DNA from: an uncultured Acidobacteriota bacterium
GTDB taxonomy: Bacteria; Acidobacteriota; Thermoanaerobaculia; UBA5066
Direction of reading: 5' to 3'
Length of the DNA: 64,000 nt
Assembly: GCA_963779415.1 (NCBI GenBank)
Contig: CAVZYA010000001.1
Location: forward strand, 832,001 to 896,000
Shown here: positions 29,084 to 39,606 of the stretch, in pieces
Numbering within the stretch: the first letter of the stretch is position 1
Layout: every line of letters starts with the position of its first letter
The notes under the pieces: generated by a model
Databases searched by the model: none
What the model saw: only the letters and a program-made list of their open reading frames with translations
What the model was told of the DNA's origin: nothing
Translations under genes and position numbers: made by a program

Positions 29084-32000
29084 ATGAGTCACGGTTCTTT
29101 TCCTTCATGGAAGGTGGGGGCCCTCGCCCCGTTCGTTCTTGCCCTCTCGACGCTTTTCTCCCCTCGTGCCTCCGCCCAGAAGCTCACGATCACGACCTTC
29201 GCCGGAGCGGCCGTGGAGAAAGGGTCCATTGACGGAACCGGCGGGGAAGCCCGCTTCTATTCGCCGCCGGGAGTGGCCATGGACGGGAGCGGAAACCTCT
29301 ACGTCGCGGACGGCGGAAACAACACGATCCGGCGGATCAGGCCCGGCGGGTCCGTCACGACCTTGGCCGGGCTCGACGGAAGCCCCGGCTCGTCGGACGG
29401 CGCCGGAAGCACAGCCCGGTTCGATGGCCCGTCGGGGGTCGCGGCCGACGGCCTCGGGAACGTCTTCGTGGCGGACACGAACAACCACACGATCCGGAAG
29501 ATCGTCGTGGCGACGGGCGCGGTGACGACGCTGGCCGGTTCGTCCGGACAAGCAGGCAATACCAACGGGACCGGGCCTGCGGCGCGGTTCTACCAGCCGT
29601 TCGGCCTCGCGGCTGACGCCTCCGGCAACGTCTATGTGGCCGAGCCCGCTTACAACACGATCCGGAAGATCGTGGTGGCAACCGGCGAGGTCACCGCGCT
29701 GGCAGGCTGGCCGGGACTGAAAGGAACGTCCGACGGGAAGGGGATGGCGGCGCAGTTCAACGGCCCGCGCGGCGTCGCGGCGGACGGCTCGGGGAACCTC
29801 TATGTGGCGGACACCGGCAACCACACGATCCGGCAGATCGTCCTGACCACGGCGGTCGTTTCGACGGTGGCGGGGCTGGCGAGAACAAGCGGCAGCGCGG
29901 ACGGAACCGGGACCGCCGCACTCTTTGCCGGCCCTTCGGGTGTCGCGGCGGACGGGTCGGGGAACGTCTACGTGGCGGACACCGGCAACAGCACGATCCG
30001 GAGGATGGTCGCCGCCACGAAGGTGGTCACGACCCTGGCGGGGCAACCGGGAAGCACCGGTGGCTCGGACGGAACGGGGATCGCCGCGCGGTTCAACCTC
30101 CCCACGGGTGTCACCGTGGGCGGCAGCGGAGACGTCTACGTCGCGGACCGCGCCAGCGACACGATCCGGAAGGTCACGGCCGGAGGCGTCGTGACGACGT
30201 GGGCCGGGCTGTGGGGGGGCTCGCGCACCGGCTCTTCGGACGGGACAGGCAGCCAGGCCCGCTTCCATACGCCTTACGGAGCCGCAGCGGACGGCAGCGG
30301 GAACGTCTTCATCGCGGATTCCGAGAACCACGTCATCCGGAAGATCACGCCGGAGGGCGCCGTGACGACCTTCGCCGGGACGGCGGGGAGCCCCGGCCTG
30401 GTGGACGGCACGGGAAGCGCGGCCCGGTTCAACTTCCCGATCTCCGTGGCGGTGGACGGGAGCGGGAACGTCTTCGTCGCGGATTCCGAGAACAGGACCA
30501 CCCGGAAGATCACGCCGGACGGGGTCGTGACGACGTTCGCCGGGAGCCCGGCGGATTTCTACGCGCCCAGCGCCATCGCGGCGGACAAGGCCGGAAACGT
30601 CTTCGTGGCCGATCTCGGCAACCACACCATCAAAATGATCACGCCCGCCGGAGTTCTCTCGACTCTCGCGGGGCGGGTGAATTCCGCCGGCAGTCTGGAC
30701 GGGGTCGGATCCCTCGCGAGGTTCAATCACCCGCGCGGAGTCGCCGCGGACGGATCGGGAAATCTCTACGTGGCCGACAATGACAACCACACCATCCGGA
30801 AGATCGTCGTGGCGTCCGGTCTGGTGTCGACGCTCGCGGGTTCGGCAGGAAACAGCGGCAGCGCGGACGGTACGGGGAGCGCCGCGCGGTTCAACCACCC
30901 GTGGGGTCTCACCGTGGACAGCTCGGGGTCCCTCTACGTCGTGGACGGCGAGAACCTCACGATCCGGCGGATCACGATCGCCGGCGTCGTGACGACCGTT
31001 GCCGGCTCTCCCGGAAATCGCGGATTCGCGGATGGCACGGGGAGCGATGCCCGCTTCGACATGCCGTCGGGAATCGCGGCGGCCGGCGGGAAGATCTACA
31101 TCGCCGACACGACCAATGCCGCGATCCGGATCGGCCGCCCGGCCCTTGCCGACGTCGCCACCATCGACGCGGCGACCGGCCCGACGGGCGGGATCCGCCT
31201 GCTCGATACCGCGCCCCGCACGGCGACGCGCTGGCTCTGGGAAGAGGTCCGGCGCCCCACGAACTCCATGGCGGACCTCTCCTCGACGACGATCCGCAAC
31301 CCGACCTTCGCGCCCGACGTGCCCGACGTCTACGTCTTCCGCCTGACGGCGAGCGACGAGTCTGGCCTCCAGACGATCTCGACGGTCACCCTGACCGCGA
31401 CGGTCCCGGCGGGTGGACCGGCTCTCTCCCGTCTCCTCCCCACCGTCATCGACGTCTCGAGCGGATCCATCCACTACACCACGGAGATGGCCCTGACGAA
31501 CAACACGTTCCGCGCTCTTTCGCTCTCGATGCTCTACACGGCCTCGCTCGGCTCGAGACGGGGCTCGGGCACGGTCATCGACGCGCTGGCACCGGGCGAG
31601 CAGAGGGCGATCCCCGACGTCCTCTCGTACCTCCGGGACAAGGGGCTCGCCATCCCGCCGTCGGCAGAACAGCCCTCGCAGGGAGGGACTCTTCTGGTGA
31701 CCTTCCAGGGGAACGACACCATCGACCCGAAGCTCGTCTCGGTGACCGCCCGGACCGCGGCACTCACGACGGCGCCGCAGCCGGCAGGCCGGGCGGGCCT
31801 CGCCTACTCCGGCCTTCTGGCAACCGAGTCGTCGACCTCCAGCGTGACGCTCTATGGCCTTCGCTCCACATCCACCGACCGGACCAACGTGGCCGTCTTC
31901 AATACCTCGGCGCAGGAGGTGACTCTGAGGGTGACGGTCACTTCAGGGAGCGGAGACGGGAAGTCCGTCGTCTTCAAGGCCGCAGAGACACTGCCTGCTT

Positions 32001-32899
32001 ACGGGTGGTTGCAGTACGGATCGGCCCAGATCCTGGACGTAAACGGAATCGCGAAGGGATGGGTCACCATCGAGCGGACCTCCACGACCGGCTCCTTCAG
32101 CGCCTACGCCGTCATCAACGACTTCGCGACGAACGACGGGTCCTTCGTCCTGCCGGTGGGAGACGCCGTCACCGGCTCGACGCTGACCGTGCCCGTTCTC
32201 TCAGAGACGCCGCAGTTCCGGAGCGAGCTGATCCTCGCCAACAGGAGCGCCTCGGCGGCCACGCTGACGCTGGACTATGTCGAGGCCTTGACGCCCGGCT
32301 CCGGCGTCGGCGGTTCGATACCCGTCACGCTGGCCCCGTTCGACGAACAGATCATCCCCGAAGCGGTCGACTACCTCCGGACGAACGGCGTCAACATCGG
32401 AGCCAAGGACGCGGCCCCTTATGTCGGTGCGCTTCGAGTCACGGTTTCCGGAAGCTCGGCCCAGAACGTCTTCGCCGGTGCACGGACGGCTTCGCAGTCA
32501 CTGGCCGGCGGGCAGTTCGGCCTCTTCACACCCTGCGTCTACGGGGGCCAGGAGGCATCGGCCGAGGCGTATCTCTACGGCCTGAGAGCGGATTCCGAGA
32601 ACCGGACCAACGTGGCCGTGGTGAACGCCGGGAGCGACTCGGCCGGCCCGATCCTCCTCCAGCTCCAGGCCTACGACGGCGACGCCGGCGGCGTGCCGAA
32701 GGGAGATCCCGTTTCCGTCCCCCTCGCCCCCGGCCAATGGGCGCAGCCGGCCAACTTCTTCAAGAACTCCGGCGTCGCCAACGGCTGGGTGAAGGTGACG
32801 CGGATGTCCGGCACCGCCCCCTGGATCGCCTACGCCGTCGTCAACGACGGAGGCAAGGCCGGCGAGCGGACCGGCGACGGGGCCTACGTGCCGATGTAG
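29084..32899 (+). CDS. Secreted NHL-repeat protein (12 repeats) with PKD-like domain and duplicated C-terminal module
   Basis: Signal peptide (...RASA-Q); 12 ARFxxPxGVAxDGSGNxYVADxxNxTIRKI repeats; two homologous C-terminal blocks. Confidence 0.88.
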   Translation: MSHGSFPSWKVGALAPFVLALSTLFSPRASAQKLTITTFAGAAVEKGSIDGTGGEARFYSPPGVAMDGSGNLYVADGGNNTIRRIRPGGSVTTLAGLDGSPGSSDGAGSTARFDGPSGVAADGLGNVFVADTNNHTIRKIVVATGAVTTLAGSSGQAGNTNGTGPAARFYQPFGLAADASGNVYVAEPAYNTIRKIVVATGEVTALAGWPGLKGTSDGKGMAAQFNGPRGVAADGSGNLYVADTGNHTIRQIVLTTAVVSTVAGLARTSGSADGTGTAALFAGPSGVAADGSGNVYVADTGNSTIRRMVAATKVVTTLAGQPGSTGGSDGTGIAARFNLPTGVTVGGSGDVYVADRASDTIRKVTAGGVVTTWAGLWGGSRTGSSDGTGSQARFHTPYGAAADGSGNVFIADSENHVIRKITPEGAVTTFAGTAGSPGLVDGTGSAARFNFPISVAVDGSGNVFVADSENRTTRKITPDGVVTTFAGSPADFYAPSAIAADKAGNVFVADLGNHTIKMITPAGVLSTLAGRVNSAGSLDGVGSLARFNHPRGVAADGSGNLYVADNDNHTIRKIVVASGLVSTLAGSAGNSGSADGTGSAARFNHPWGLTVDSSGSLYVVDGENLTIRRITIAGVVTTVAGSPGNRGFADGTGSDARFDMPSGIAAAGGKIYIADTTNAAIRIGRPALADVATIDAATGPTGGIRLLDTAPRTATRWLWEEVRRPTNSMADLSSTTIRNPTFAPDVPDVYVFRLTASDESGLQTISTVTLTATVPAGGPALSRLLPTVIDVSSGSIHYTTEMALTNNTFRALSLSMLYTASLGSRRGSGTVIDALAPGEQRAIPDVLSYLRDKGLAIPPSAEQPSQGGTLLVTFQGNDTIDPKLVSVTARTAALTTAPQPAGRAGLAYSGLLATESSTSSVTLYGLRSTSTDRTNVAVFNTSAQEVTLRVTVTSGSGDGKSVVFKAAETLPAYGWLQYGSAQILDVNGIAKGWVTIERTSTTGSFSAYAVINDFATNDGSFVLPVGDAVTGSTLTVPVLSETPQFRSELILANRSASAATLTLDYVEALTPGSGVGGSIPVTLAPFDEQIIPEAVDYLRTNGVNIGAKDAAPYVGALRVTVSGSSAQNVFAGARTASQSLAGGQFGLFTPCVYGGQEASAEAYLYGLRADSENRTNVAVVNAGSDSAGPILLQLQAYDGDAGGVPKGDPVSVPLAPGQWAQPANFFKNSGVANGWVKVTRMSGTAPWIAYAVVNDGGKAGERTGDGAYVPM

Positions 32900-32918
32900 C
32901 AGAGAAGGAGGCAAGCGC

Positions 32919-35880
32919 ATGGGCCTCTCCACCGGGACAAAGCTCGGCCCTTACGAGATCCTCTCTCCCCTCGGCGCGGGTGGGATGGGCGAGGTCTGGA
33001 AGGCGCGGGATACGCGGCTGGGGCGGTACGTCGCGATCAAAGTCCTTCCCGATGACGTCGCAGCCGATCCTCGCACCCTGGGGCGTTTCGAGTCCGAGGC
33101 GCGAGCCGTCGCCGCCCTCTCGCATCCGAATATCCTCGCCCTCTTCGACGTCGGCGAGGCGCTCGGCGTCCACTTCGCCGTCACCGAGCTACTCGAAGGC
33201 GAGACGCTGCGAGAAGTGATCCGGGAGGGGCCACTCCCTCCCCGAAAGGCCATCGAGTACGGCGTCGAGATCGCCGATGGCCTCGCCTCCGCCCACGAGA
33301 AGGGGATTGTCCACAGGGATCTCAAGCCCGAGAACCTGTTCCTCACGAGAGACGGTCGGGTCAAGATCCTCGACTTCGGCCTCGCGCGGCATCTGGCCTT
33401 CCCCTCCAGGGTCGACCCGGACTCGCCGACCGAGGCGAGGGCCACGACGCCCGGCGAGGTCCTCGGGACGGTCGGGTACCTCTCTCCCGAGCAGATCCGG
33501 GGTCTTCCGGCCGACGCGCGAAGCGACATCTTCGCGTTCGGATGCGTTCTCTACGAGATGCTTTCGGGCGTCCGCGCCTTCCGCAGGGAAACGTCGGCCG
33601 AGACGATGACCGCCATCCTGCGCGAAGACCCTCCTCCGATTTCAGGCGCGGGGCGGGCGATCCCCCCGGCGCTTCTCTCCATCGTTCGGCGCTGCATGGA
33701 AAAGCGTCCGGAGGACAGGTTCTCGTCGGCGCACGATCTCCGCTTCGCCCTCATGGCCCTTTCGGGATCGGAAGAGAGTGTGTCGGGCCAGATCGCCCCG
33801 ACTGTAGCGGCCACGCAAACGACGTTCGTGCCGAAGACCCGGACGGACGATCCTTCGCCCGGCCGTTTTGGTTCCCGTTGCCCTCGTTCTCGCGCTCGCA
33901 GGGGTCTTCGGCAGCCGCTTGATCCAGCGCCGTCAGAAGGCGGAGTGGGCGACGAAGCAGGCGATCCCCGAGATCATGCGTCTCGCCGACCGGCAGGATT
34001 ACTGGGCGGCGTTCCTCCTCGCGCAGAAAGTGGAGGCCGCATTTCCCGGCGAACCGACCCTCTCCAAGCTCTGGCCGCAGTTCGCCGCCGAGATCCTCTG
34101 GCAGGTGAGGCCGGCTGGCGCCGACGTCTTCGTGAGAAGCCAGAAGGGGCCGAGCCGCGACTGGGTGCGCCTCGGCCGGGCCGACGAGAAACCGCTCTGG
34201 ACGCCGATCGGGTGCATGGAGTTTCAGGTCGCGAAGAAGGGCTACGAGACGCATACGTTCGCGATGTCGCTCGTTTACGGAAAAGGAACCATGCCTCTCT
34301 CGCTCGCGGCGACGGGCGAGCTGCCGCCGGGAATGGTCCGCGTCGACCCACCCGACACCTCCGCGGCCGTCTATCTGAACTTTCTGCGCTACGAAGGAGG
34401 CCCGCTTTCGGAACAGGTCGGCAGCTTCCTGATCGACACGCACGAGGTGACCAACCGGCAGTTCAAGGAGTTCGTGGACGGGGGCGGGTACCGCCGTCGC
34501 GAGCTCTGGAAGCACGAGTTCGTCCGGAACGGGAAGGTGATCCCGTGGGAGCAAGGCATCTCCTCATTCGTGGATGCCACAGGGCGGCCGGGGCCGGCGA
34601 CCTGGGAGTTGGGAACGTATCCCGAAGGGAAGGGAGACTTCCCGGTGACCGGGGTGAGCTGGTACGAGGCGACGGCGTTCTCGGAATCGGCCGGGAAGAG
34701 GCTTCCGACCTCGTACCACTGGTCAGCCGCGAGCGGTGCCGCGAACAGCGGATGCATCATCGGCGGCAGCAACTTCTCCGGGAAGCTGGCCGCCGTGGGG
34801 AGCTTCGAGGGGAGCCTGAACCTTCGTGGCCTCTACGACATGCCGGGCAACGCCCGGGAGTGGTGCTCCAACGCCTCCGACGGGGAACGGATCATTCGTG
34901 GCGGTTCCTTCGACAGTCCGGGATACCGGTTCCACGAAACCGAGTACCAGCCCCCGATCGAGCGGAATCCTGCGACCGGATTCCGGAGCATCAAGCTGCT
35001 GGACTCGAAACCTCTCTCCGCGGAGCTGGAGGCCCCCGTCGCACGCTCCATACCGGACTGGAGCCGCGAGGAGCCGTTCCCTGATTCCGTCTGGAAGACC
35101 TGGCTCTCCTTCCTCTCCTACACAAGGTCGCCGCTCAACGCGAAGGTCGAGCTGACGAACGACACGGCGCCGTACTGGCGAATGGAGAAGGTCTCGTTCG
35201 ACGCCGCCTACGCTGGAGAGCGAATGGTGGGCTACCTCTATCTCCCCAGGTCTGCGCCCCCGCCGTATCAGGTCGTGGTCTTCGGGCCGGGAGCGCTCGC
35301 GGTGCGCTCGACCTCGACGGAGAACGGACAGAACGTGAGCGACTCGAGGGTCTGGGGCTACCTCGTAAAGGACGGCCGCGCCGTTTTCTATCCCGTCGTG
35401 AAAGGCACCTACGAGCGGGGCGGTGCCCAGGGCCTCGGGCGGGCATCCACGATGGACGTCTGGGTCCTGCGGGCGAAGGACATCTTTCGTTCGCTCGACT
35501 ACCTCGAGAGCCGCCCCGACATCGCGAAGGAACGCGTCGCATATCTCGGGTTCAGCTTCGGCACCTATCTGGGCGCTCTACCCTGCGCGGCGGACAGACG
35601 TTTCAAGGTCGTCATCTTTCAGGCCGGCGGCGTCGCATTCCGCGAAGAGCTCGGCTGGGCTCGCCGGATCACGATTCCCGTCCAGATGATCAACGGGCGT
35701 TACGACACCATTTTCCCGCCTCAGACGAGTCAGCTCCCCCTCTTCCATGCCCTCGGAACTCCCGAGAAGGACAAACGTCACATTCTCCTGGAGACGGACC
35801 ACGACCTGAGCGGCTGCCAGAAGGACGTCGTGAAGGCGAACCTGGAGTGGCTCGACAGGTATCTCGGGCCGGTGAGATGA
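32919..35880 (+). CDS. Ser/Thr protein kinase - TM - FGE/SUMF1-like - alpha/beta hydrolase fusion; frameshift about 33780-33850
   Basis: GAGGMGEV, HRDLKPEN, DFG, YLSPEQ in frame 1; TM AVLVPVALVLALAGVF, HEVTNRQF, GNAREW, RGGSF and GFSFG/GRYD/DH triad in frame 2. Confidence 0.8.
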
Positions 35881-36016
35881 GGTGGTCATCAAGGTCCTGC
35901 CCGGGAGGTTCTTTGATGAGAGATGCCCGCACGGCGTGTTCCGGCATCCTTCCGCGATCTCGCTGGGATATCTGCATCATTCCCCTCGCCGGCAGCTGTT
36001 TCTACGGTGACACCGG

Positions 36017-36250
36017 GTGCAGAAAACAAGGGAGGTCCATGAGGCGTTTCTGCTCTGGCGGAAGCGCGCCTCGGTGAAGGGCGTCGTCCGGGAGGAGAGG
36101 TGCTCCGTCGACCACCTCGGCGAGGACTTCTACGAGCTGCGCATCCTGCGCGGGCAGGAGCTGCTCCTGAACGAGTCCTTCCGGGACCTGGACAAGCTCA
36201 TGGTCCGCGCCGAGGAGCTGCGTACGAAAAAGAGGGTCCGTCGGGCCTGA
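36017..36250 (+). CDS. Small hypothetical protein (start uncertain; possible indel after ATG 36039)
   Basis: Coding-like codons LLWRKR...FYELRILRGQELLLNESF; GGAGG precedes an out-of-frame ATG. Confidence 0.45.
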   Translation: MQKTREVHEAFLLWRKRASVKGVVREERCSVDHLGEDFYELRILRGQELLLNESFRDLDKLMVRAEELRTKKRVRRA

Positions 36251-36305
36251 CGACGATTTCACGCCCCGCGGCACGCGATCGCACGGCATACGAAGGAGGA
36301 AAGGA

Positions 36306-37706
36306 ATGATCACGTTCGCCCCCGGGAATCTCAGAGTCCCGAAGTGGACGCGGCCTGTCTACATGGTGGCGGCCGGCACGACCGACTTCCGGAAGCGCTA
36401 TCCCGAGAAGAAGCTCGACGAGCTCTGCATGATGGCGTTCCGGATGCTCCTCGAGGAGAACGACCTCAAGATGGACCCGCTCGAGGTGAAGGGGCTCGTC
36501 AACTTCGCCTCCTACGGGGAGTTCGCCGACCACTTCCAGGACCAGCTCCTCTGCGAGGCGAAGGTCCACGACTACCTCGGCCTCGACCCGCTCCCCAACG
36601 TCGGCGTCAAGACCGGCGGCGCCACCGGCGGCTCCACGATGCTCGTCGGCGCCACCACCATCGCGAGCGGCCTCTCCGACTGCACGCTCGTTCTGGGCTG
36701 GGAGCGGATGGACGAGGTGAAGACCTGGACCGGCAACTTCTACATCGCCTCGGCGGCCTGCAAGGACTTCGAGACCCGGCTGGCCCGCAACTACGCGAGC
36801 TACTACGCGCCGATGGCCCGCCGCTTCCAGGAGATGTACCACGTCGACGAGAGGGTGCGCGCCGAGATCGCCGTGAAGAACCGGCGGTACGCCTGCTCGT
36901 CGCCTTACGCCCAGCAGCCGGGGAAGCACACGATCGAAGAGGTGCTGAAGGGCGAGATCGTCTCCGACCCGCTCCGGTTCCTCGAGTGCTGCGCGATGAG
37001 CGTCGGCTCGGCAGCCGCGCTCCTCTGCTCCGAGGAGCTGGCGTACAAGCTGACGGACAAGCCCGTCCGCCTCTACATCGCGGGGGGCTCCCACACGCTC
37101 CGGACCGGCGACCGCCGGCCGATGCGGATTCCCCTCCTGCCGCACGAGACGGAGGAGGGGTACAAGTGGCTCTACGACGAGATGGCGAAGCACGACGGGC
37201 GCTGGCCGGGGTTCGAGAGCTTCGGCGCGACGCGCTTTGCGGCGTACATGGTCTACCGGATGGCCGGCATCAAGGTCCCCATCGAAGACCTCGATCTCGT
37301 CGAGACGCACGACGCATTCACCATCTCCGACCTCCAGACGTACGGCGACGTCGGCCTGACCCTCTACGGCAAGGAGCAGGACTACGTCACCTCCGGCGAC
37401 TGCTACCTGAAGAACCCGCGGACCGGAAAGCCCGGAAAGTGTCCCGCCAACCTCTCGGGGGGCCTCCTCGGGACGATGCACGCCGTGGGGGCGACGGGAA
37501 TCTTCCAGATCGACGAGGTCTTCTGGCAGCTCCAGGGAAAGTACGACAAGTTCCACGGCGACCCGAAGATCTGGGAGCGGTACGGAAAGAAGAAGCCGGC
37601 CGACTGGGAGAGCCTCCAGGCCGCCAGTCCGCGCCGGGGCCTCTCGATCTCGCACGCGGGCGTGGGAAGCCACGTGACCTGCGCCGTACTCGAGAAGGGC
37701 TGGTAG
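36306..37706 (+). CDS. Thiolase-like protein (SCP-x/archaeal type)
   Basis: VKNRRYA, VETHDAF, NLSGGLLGTMHAVGATG; canonical CASG replaced by GGATGG. Confidence 0.85.
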   Translation: MITFAPGNLRVPKWTRPVYMVAAGTTDFRKRYPEKKLDELCMMAFRMLLEENDLKMDPLEVKGLVNFASYGEFADHFQDQLLCEAKVHDYLGLDPLPNVGVKTGGATGGSTMLVGATTIASGLSDCTLVLGWERMDEVKTWTGNFYIASAACKDFETRLARNYASYYAPMARRFQEMYHVDERVRAEIAVKNRRYACSSPYAQQPGKHTIEEVLKGEIVSDPLRFLECCAMSVGSAAALLCSEELAYKLTDKPVRLYIAGGSHTLRTGDRRPMRIPLLPHETEEGYKWLYDEMAKHDGRWPGFESFGATRFAAYMVYRMAGIKVPIEDLDLVETHDAFTISDLQTYGDVGLTLYGKEQDYVTSGDCYLKNPRTGKPGKCPANLSGGLLGTMHAVGATGIFQIDEVFWQLQGKYDKFHGDPKIWERYGKKKPADWESLQAASPRRGLSISHAGVGSHVTCAVLEKGW

Positions 37707-37716
37707 GAGGCATCCG

Positions 37717-38229
37717 ATGAGCGAGACCGCCGTTCCGAAGATCGCGCCTTCGAAGATCGACGTTAAGGGCGACGCCTGGATCCTCCACTTCCCCCGCTTC
37801 GGCGAGGAGGGGACTCACTTCCACACCTACGGGCTCCTCACCCCCTACTTCAAGGGGCTGACGGAAGGGAAGCTGATGGGGACCCGCTGCGTCAACCCCA
37901 AGTGCCCCGTCAGCAAAGGCGACGGAGAACTCTGGCTTCCTCCGCGGGCCGACTGCCCCGATTGCCACCGGCCGATGGTCTGGAAAGCGGTCGCGAAGCC
38001 AAGGGGCTACGTCTATGCCTACACCCACGTCGTGCGCGGGGGAACCGGCCTCGAGATTCCCTGCCCCTACTACCAGATCGACGTGAAGATCAAAGGGGTC
38101 TGCACGATCGTGAAGAGCTATCTACTCGGGGCCGGGCCCGTGAAGATCGGCGACAAGGTGAAGGCCCGCTTCCGGACGGGCACCAAGGCGACGCACACCT
38201 GTCTCGACCTCTTCTGGGAGCCGGAGTAG
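37717..38229 (+). CDS. DUF35 Zn-ribbon/OB-fold protein
   Basis: GKLMGTRC..C...PPRADCPDC, then an OB-fold ending VKIGDKVKARF; adjacent to the thiolase. Confidence 0.85.
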   Translation: MSETAVPKIAPSKIDVKGDAWILHFPRFGEEGTHFHTYGLLTPYFKGLTEGKLMGTRCVNPKCPVSKGDGELWLPPRADCPDCHRPMVWKAVAKPRGYVYAYTHVVRGGTGLEIPCPYYQIDVKIKGVCTIVKSYLLGAGPVKIGDKVKARFRTGTKATHTCLDLFWEPE

Positions 38230-38238
38230 GTCGAGCCG

Positions 38239-38865
38239 TCACTTCGTCGTTGGGGGCGTGGGCCGGGTCGCCTCGAGCCGGATCGAGAGGGTGACGTCGT
38301 CGGACATGACGTAGCCCCCCTGGTCGAAGAGGCGGCTCCAGTTGAGGCCGTAGTCTTTCCGGTTGAGGGTGAGCGGGGCTTCGAAGACGGCCCGCTCCCG
38401 CTCCCAGCTGTCCCGAGTGATTCCTTTGAAGGTCACAGGAAGCGTGACCTCTTTAGTCACGCCGCGGATCGTCAGGTCGCCGACGACGTCGTAGGTCGCG
38501 TCGCTCTTCGGGATGACCTTCCTGCTGACGAACCGGATCTCGGGAAACTGCTCGGCGTCGAAGAAGTCCGGCTCTTTGAGGTGGGCGTCGCGATTCGGCT
38601 CGTTCGTGTCGACGCTCGCGACCTTCACCGTGAGTTCCACGGACGACTTCTCGGGCTTTGCCGAGTCGAGCCGGACGACGCCGGAGAAGTCGGTGAACCG
38701 GCCGCGGATGTCCGCCACGAAGTGGTGGATCTGGAAGCCGACATTCGAGTGCGCCTTGTCGACGCTCCACGTGCCGGTCGCGCCGGCGGGAAGTCCGGCC
38801 GCGCGGGAAACCGCGCCTGCGGCAAGGACGACGAGGGCGAAGGCGGGGACGGCGAAACGCCTCAT
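38239..38865 (-). CDS. YceI-family polyisoprenoid-binding protein
   Basis: Signal peptide; WSVDKAHS, RDAHL..DFFDA, GDLTIRGVTKEV, LNRKDYG. Confidence 0.9.
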   Translation of the reverse strand: MRRFAVPAFALVVLAAGAVSRAAGLPAGATGTWSVDKAHSNVGFQIHHFVADIRGRFTDFSGVVRLDSAKPEKSSVELTVKVASVDTNEPNRDAHLKEPDFFDAEQFPEIRFVSRKVIPKSDATYDVVGDLTIRGVTKEVTLPVTFKGITRDSWERERAVFEAPLTLNRKDYGLNWSRLFDQGGYVMSDDVTLSIRLEATRPTPPTTK

Positions 38866-38970
38866 ACGACCTCCCCGCCTACGTGATAACCCCCTCGAGC
38901 ATGCCTGTCGTTAATGCGCCCGCATCAGACGGCGGGCGGCGAGGGAGAATGAGGCCGAGGGAGGTCCGCC

Positions 38971-39555
38971 ATGTCGAAGAAGATCCTGATGCTCGTGGGC
39001 GACTTCGTCGAGGACTACGAGGTGATGGTGCCGTTCCAGGCGCTCCAGATGGTCGGGCACACCGTCCACGCCGTCTGCCCGGGGAAGAAGGCGGGCGAGA
39101 AGGTGCGGACGGCCATCCACGACTTCGAGGGAGATCAGACCTACAGCGAGAAGCCGGGGCACAACTTCGCCCTGAACCTCTCCTTCGACGACGTGAAGGA
39201 GGCCGGGTACGACGCGCTCGTCATCCCCGGAGGGCGCGCGCCGGAGTACCTGCGGCTGAATCCCCGGATCCTCGAGATCGTCCGGCACTTCATGGCGAGC
39301 GGAAAGCCGGTGGCGGCGATCTGTCACGGCGCGCAGATCCTCGCGGCCGCTGGAGTGCTCGAAGGGAGAAAGTGCTCGGCCTACCCGGCGGTCGGCCCGG
39401 AGGTGACCCGGGCCGGAGGCCGCTACGTCGAGATCGCCGTCGATCAGGCCGTCACGGACGGGAATCTCGTCACGGCGCCCGCGTGGCCGGCGCATCCCGT
39501 CTGGCTGTCGCAGTTCACGAAGCTCCTCGAGTCGCGCGTCCCGGCCCATTCGTGA
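38971..39555 (+). CDS. DJ-1/PfpI family protein (deglycase/glyoxalase III-like)
   Basis: [24 protein letters not shown]. Confidence 0.92.
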   Translation: MSKKILMLVGDFVEDYEVMVPFQALQMVGHTVHAVCPGKKAGEKVRTAIHDFEGDQTYSEKPGHNFALNLSFDDVKEAGYDALVIPGGRAPEYLRLNPRILEIVRHFMASGKPVAAICHGAQILAAAGVLEGRKCSAYPAVGPEVTRAGGRYVEIAVDQAVTDGNLVTAPAWPAHPVWLSQFTKLLESRVPAHS

Positions 39556-39606
39556 ACCGTCCCGAAAGGGTCGGGTAAGATTCCCCTCAGCAGAGGACCG
39601 TCACCG

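Noticed and set aside
29230-31130. Regularly spaced nucleotide repeats as a possible CRISPR array or DGR
   Set aside because: They are degenerate, in-frame NHL coding repeats; no cas or reverse transcriptase genes nearby
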